64,000 nucleotides of DNA from Lepidodermella squamata (lineage: Eukaryota > Animalia > Gastrotricha): the NCBI GenBank assembly GCA_047495785.1, contig JBLDXI010000001.1:2790001-2854000 (forward strand). The letters are read 5' to 3'. Shown here in pieces: positions 62,763 through 64,000 of this stretch (its first letter is position 1; every line of letters starts with the position of its first letter). The translations under genes were made by a program, and so were the position numbers. The notes under the pieces were generated by a model. It ran no database searches. It saw only the letters and a program-made list of their open reading frames with translations, and was not told the DNA's origin.

Positions 62763-63685
62763 TCAGGCTACCGGATTTGCGAAGGATAGCTGAACTTCGT
62801 CGAGACTTGTCGCACTGTAAGCCGCGTTAACACGGGTCGGTTCTTCCTTGCTGCTCAGCCCTGTTTCCAGGCAATTCTTCTTACTATCCATCGGGTCTGG
62901 GCTGGCGGCTGAGGCCAACGTCGACTCGCTGAGGCTCGAATTCAAGTTACCGCTAGACACCATTGTGACCATAGTCGAGGCCGAGGCGGTTTTGCCGGGT
63001 TTCCGCCGGCCCCACAGCTCTAGGAAGTAGTCCGGGATTGTCTGGCCGCTCGGGGGTTTGTACAACAAGAAAGCGAGTAGGTACAACAGGAAGGCGAACG
63101 AATTGAGGCAAACGCATAGCGTTGTCAGCCGCATGGCCAAGTTCTTAGAGTCATACGTGAAACAAGCGCCTTGGTCGCTCGAGTTACAATATTCGCGTCT
63201 GAAACAAAAATCATTAATCATCTTTCATCTCGTAAAATGGGTGGATCTTATACCGAAAAATACAACTGAGATCAATGATGCGACCGATTAATAAAGGACC
63301 AGGTATATTGCCGAGAAATCTTTCCACCGATTGATTGAAAGCCAATGCCATAGAACGATCTTCATCGTGAACGCATCGCATCACAACTCCTGGAAAATGT
63401 ATTTAAATTACTACAAATTCTAGAATAAATACTAGGAATTTACCAGTCAATGGAACCGTCGTGAAAAATCCGCAGAACAACAGGAAAAACATGAGAATCA
63501 TTGCAGGGTAGAATTGCGGGCAGTACTGCTCGCAAATGCCTGGCGATAGTGAGTAAATATCGGGATCGCTAGCGTTGAGTTGCATCAAATCCGGCCGAGC
63601 TTCTAAGCATGTGCAGTTGGTGAAAACAGGAGACGGGTCTTTAGGCGAGAGGCGTTTCACTGTCTGGCAACCGGCGTGACAAGCA
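62763..63685 (-). CDS. SLCO/OATP organic anion transporter, copy D (3' part; the 5' end lies beyond the right edge)
   Basis: Exons 63685-63444, 63389-63254 and 63198-62763: ACHAGCQ...CTC...FCGFFTTVPLTGVVMRCVHDEDRSMALAFNQSVERFLGNIPGP...GACFTYD...LYKPP. Confidence 0.9.
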
Positions 63686-64000
63686 CTAAGAAGAAGAACA
63701 GAAAATTATTTTAAAAAAAAATCAAATCAACACGACTTTTAATGCTCGAATCTATTGAGTCTTTATAGGCAAATTTAAAATCTCAAAAATATAATCGAAA
63801 TTTTTCAAAATTTCTAAATTTTCTCCTTCGCATGTCTAAAGAATCGGAAATTATAAATACCGAAGCTATTTCCGATATTATGGTATCAGGGTATTTTGGA
63901 TGCCATGGAAATTATAGCCAACTAAATATTATGAAAATTGTTCAACCGAAAGAAAAAACCGACGAAGCAGAGAAAATACCGAAAATACCAAACGGGTTTT

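Overview
Eukaryotic (invertebrate-animal-like) genomic DNA with mostly 43-70 nt GT-AG introns; the ORF track splits most genes at introns, so the gene models below were rebuilt by hand from splice sites. Left to right: ECM29 (minus strand, runs off the left edge, with two large introns full of transposon debris: a frameshifted Crypton-type tyrosine recombinase, an LTR-like piece, MULE- and hAT-like transposase scraps), NDUFA9, two PLAC8/cornifelin-like paralogs, about 8 kb of non-coding sequence, a divergent calmodulin-like gene, NSFL1C/p47, an intronless myristoylated neuronal-calcium-sensor-like gene, an EPS8-like gene with two SH3 domains, an orphan type II membrane protein with one LDLa repeat, a highly divergent TRPM-like channel, a large LDLa/Ig/FN3/DB-module receptor, and a cluster of four SLCO/OATP transporters (the last is partial). 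I found no rRNA, tRNA or CRISPR features. The most system-like observation is two same-strand gene pairs (NDUFA9->ECM29 and NCS-like->NSFL1C) with very short spacers and a splice acceptor exactly 9 nt before the downstream ATG, suggesting operon-like co-transcription (SL trans-splicing or a shared first exon). Family assignments come from motifs recognised by eye, not from database searches, and the taxon cannot be determined from the window.
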